From Armatimonadota bacterium (GTDB taxonomy: Bacteria; Armatimonadota; UBA10988): a stretch of 64,000 nucleotides of DNA. The notes beneath the pieces were generated by a model. It searched no databases. It was not told the origin of the DNA and was given only the letters and a program-made list of their open reading frames with translations. Where the stretch lies: positions 19,775 through 83,774 of the forward strand of contig JACRKZ010000069.1 of NCBI GenBank assembly GCA_016235455.1. Reading direction: 5' to 3'. This document shows, piece by piece, positions 63,432 to 64,000 of this stretch (its first letter is position 1; every line of letters begins with the position of its first letter). A program made the translations under genes and the position numbers.

Positions 63432-64000
63432 TCAGAGGACGCTGCGGGCATCCTCGCGCTTGAGGTCCGCGTCGACATGGCCGTCGAACGCGTTGTTGCT
63501 GATGCTGATACGATCGGTCTGCGCACCGAGCCAGACGCCAACCACCTGCCGACCACTCTTGGTGCAGGTGATCTGGTTGTTCTCGATGGACAGGTTGGTG
63601 GTGGCGCCTTCGACGCGGATGCCGCAGCCGTCGGCGCGGCGGCGGCCGTTGTCGGTGATGGTGTTGCGGCGGACAATGCAGCGGTGCGCGGCGAGTTCGA
63701 CCCGCTCGGACCGGAACAGGATGCCGTGGCTGCCGTTGGACAGGATGCGGTTGCCGTCGATCAGGTTCTCGGTGTCCTTGTGGCCGATGGACAGGCCGCA
63801 GCGGCCATTGCTCTCCAGCAGGTTGTCCGCGAACACGCCGTGCCGCACCCGCCAGCAGACAAACAGGCCGTCCTGACCATTGTGATGCGCATGGCAACCG
63901 ACGACGCGGGGCCGCTGCGAGCCGGAGCCTGGATGCAGGCCGAGGCCGGTGCAGTCACTGACCTCGCACTCCTCCACCACTACGTCGTGGCTGGTCTGGA
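63432..64000 (-). CDS. Right-handed parallel beta-helix repeat protein (pectate-lyase/NosD-like), C-terminal part; the 5' end lies outside the window
   Basis: The frame stays open to the window edge. Repeats of the type N-x-I-x-x-N...G-I occur (DNLLESNGRCGLSIG, GNRILSNGSHGILF, RNTITDNG, ENNQIT, SNNAFDG). Confidence 0.65.
   Translation of the reverse strand, partial: QTSHDVVVEECEVSDCTGLGLHPGSGSQRPRVVGCHAHHNGQDGLFVCWRVRHGVFADNLLESNGRCGLSIGHKDTENLIDGNRILSNGSHGILFRSERVELAAHRCIVRRNTITDNGRRRADGCGIRVEGATTNLSIENNQITCTKSGRQVVGVWLGAQTDRISISNNAFDGHVDADLKREDARSVL

Noticed and set aside
1-64000. tRNA, rRNA, tmRNA, transposase, integrase and prophage signatures
   Set aside because: Scanning the intergenic regions by eye gave no T-loop (GGTTCGAATCC-like) in a cloverleaf context and no rRNA-like stretch. 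No ORF has DDE, tyrosine-recombinase or serine-recombinase motifs. A tRNAscan/Infernal run would be the decisive check.

Overview
Very GC-rich bacterial chromosomal segment: third codon positions are almost all G/C, and most genes have GGAG-type ribosome-binding sites. I infer a PVC-superphylum (Planctomycetota-like) heterotroph from the gene content: several Tat-signal Gfo/Idh/MocA oxidoreductases, a DUF1080 protein, large secreted glycoside hydrolases and T2SS-like pseudopilins. I call about 50 protein-coding genes. I recognised no rRNA, tRNA, CRISPR array, transposase or integrase. Many long ORFs in the six-frame track are GC-driven shadow frames opposite real genes and were discarded; several real genes start well inside their track ORF, and I re-placed those starts using RBS, signal-peptide and overlap logic. 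Gene blocks in order: SDR fragment, DUF429-like gene and a GH43-like gene broken by a 23-bp tandem duplication; a four-gene ECF sigma module; three tandem Tat-Gfo/Idh/MocA paralogs; a GH2-like gene abutted by a short, motif-degenerate GspE-family ATPase; an M64-like peptidase and an M24 aminopeptidase; a DhaK/DhaL/LsrF-like/cupin string; a propeller-cytochrome c peroxidase; an FkbO-like gene; a GH106-like giant; a STAND-TPR protein; a corrinoid protein with a URO-D methyltransferase-thioredoxin fusion; a nine-gene T2SS-like operon (gspG-H-I-J-K, L-like, M-like, C-like, gspD) lacking gspE, gspF and gspO; queE; a GH2 gene; DUF1015; a fused double alpha/beta-hydrolase with an NmrA-like protein carrying an (EP)n tail; an orphan ABC ATPase with DUF4397; a wHTH protein with an N6-adenine methyltransferase and no nuclease; and a Gfo/Idh/MocA-DUF1080 pair. 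No single obviously new system stands out. The strongest candidates for follow-up are the incomplete T2SS-like operon together with the distant degenerate ATPase, the DhaKL/LsrF-like/Tat-cupin string, the corrinoid/URO-D-thioredoxin pair, the wHTH-methyltransferase pair and the P-loop-substituted STAND protein. All family assignments come from motif recognition by eye; no database search was run.
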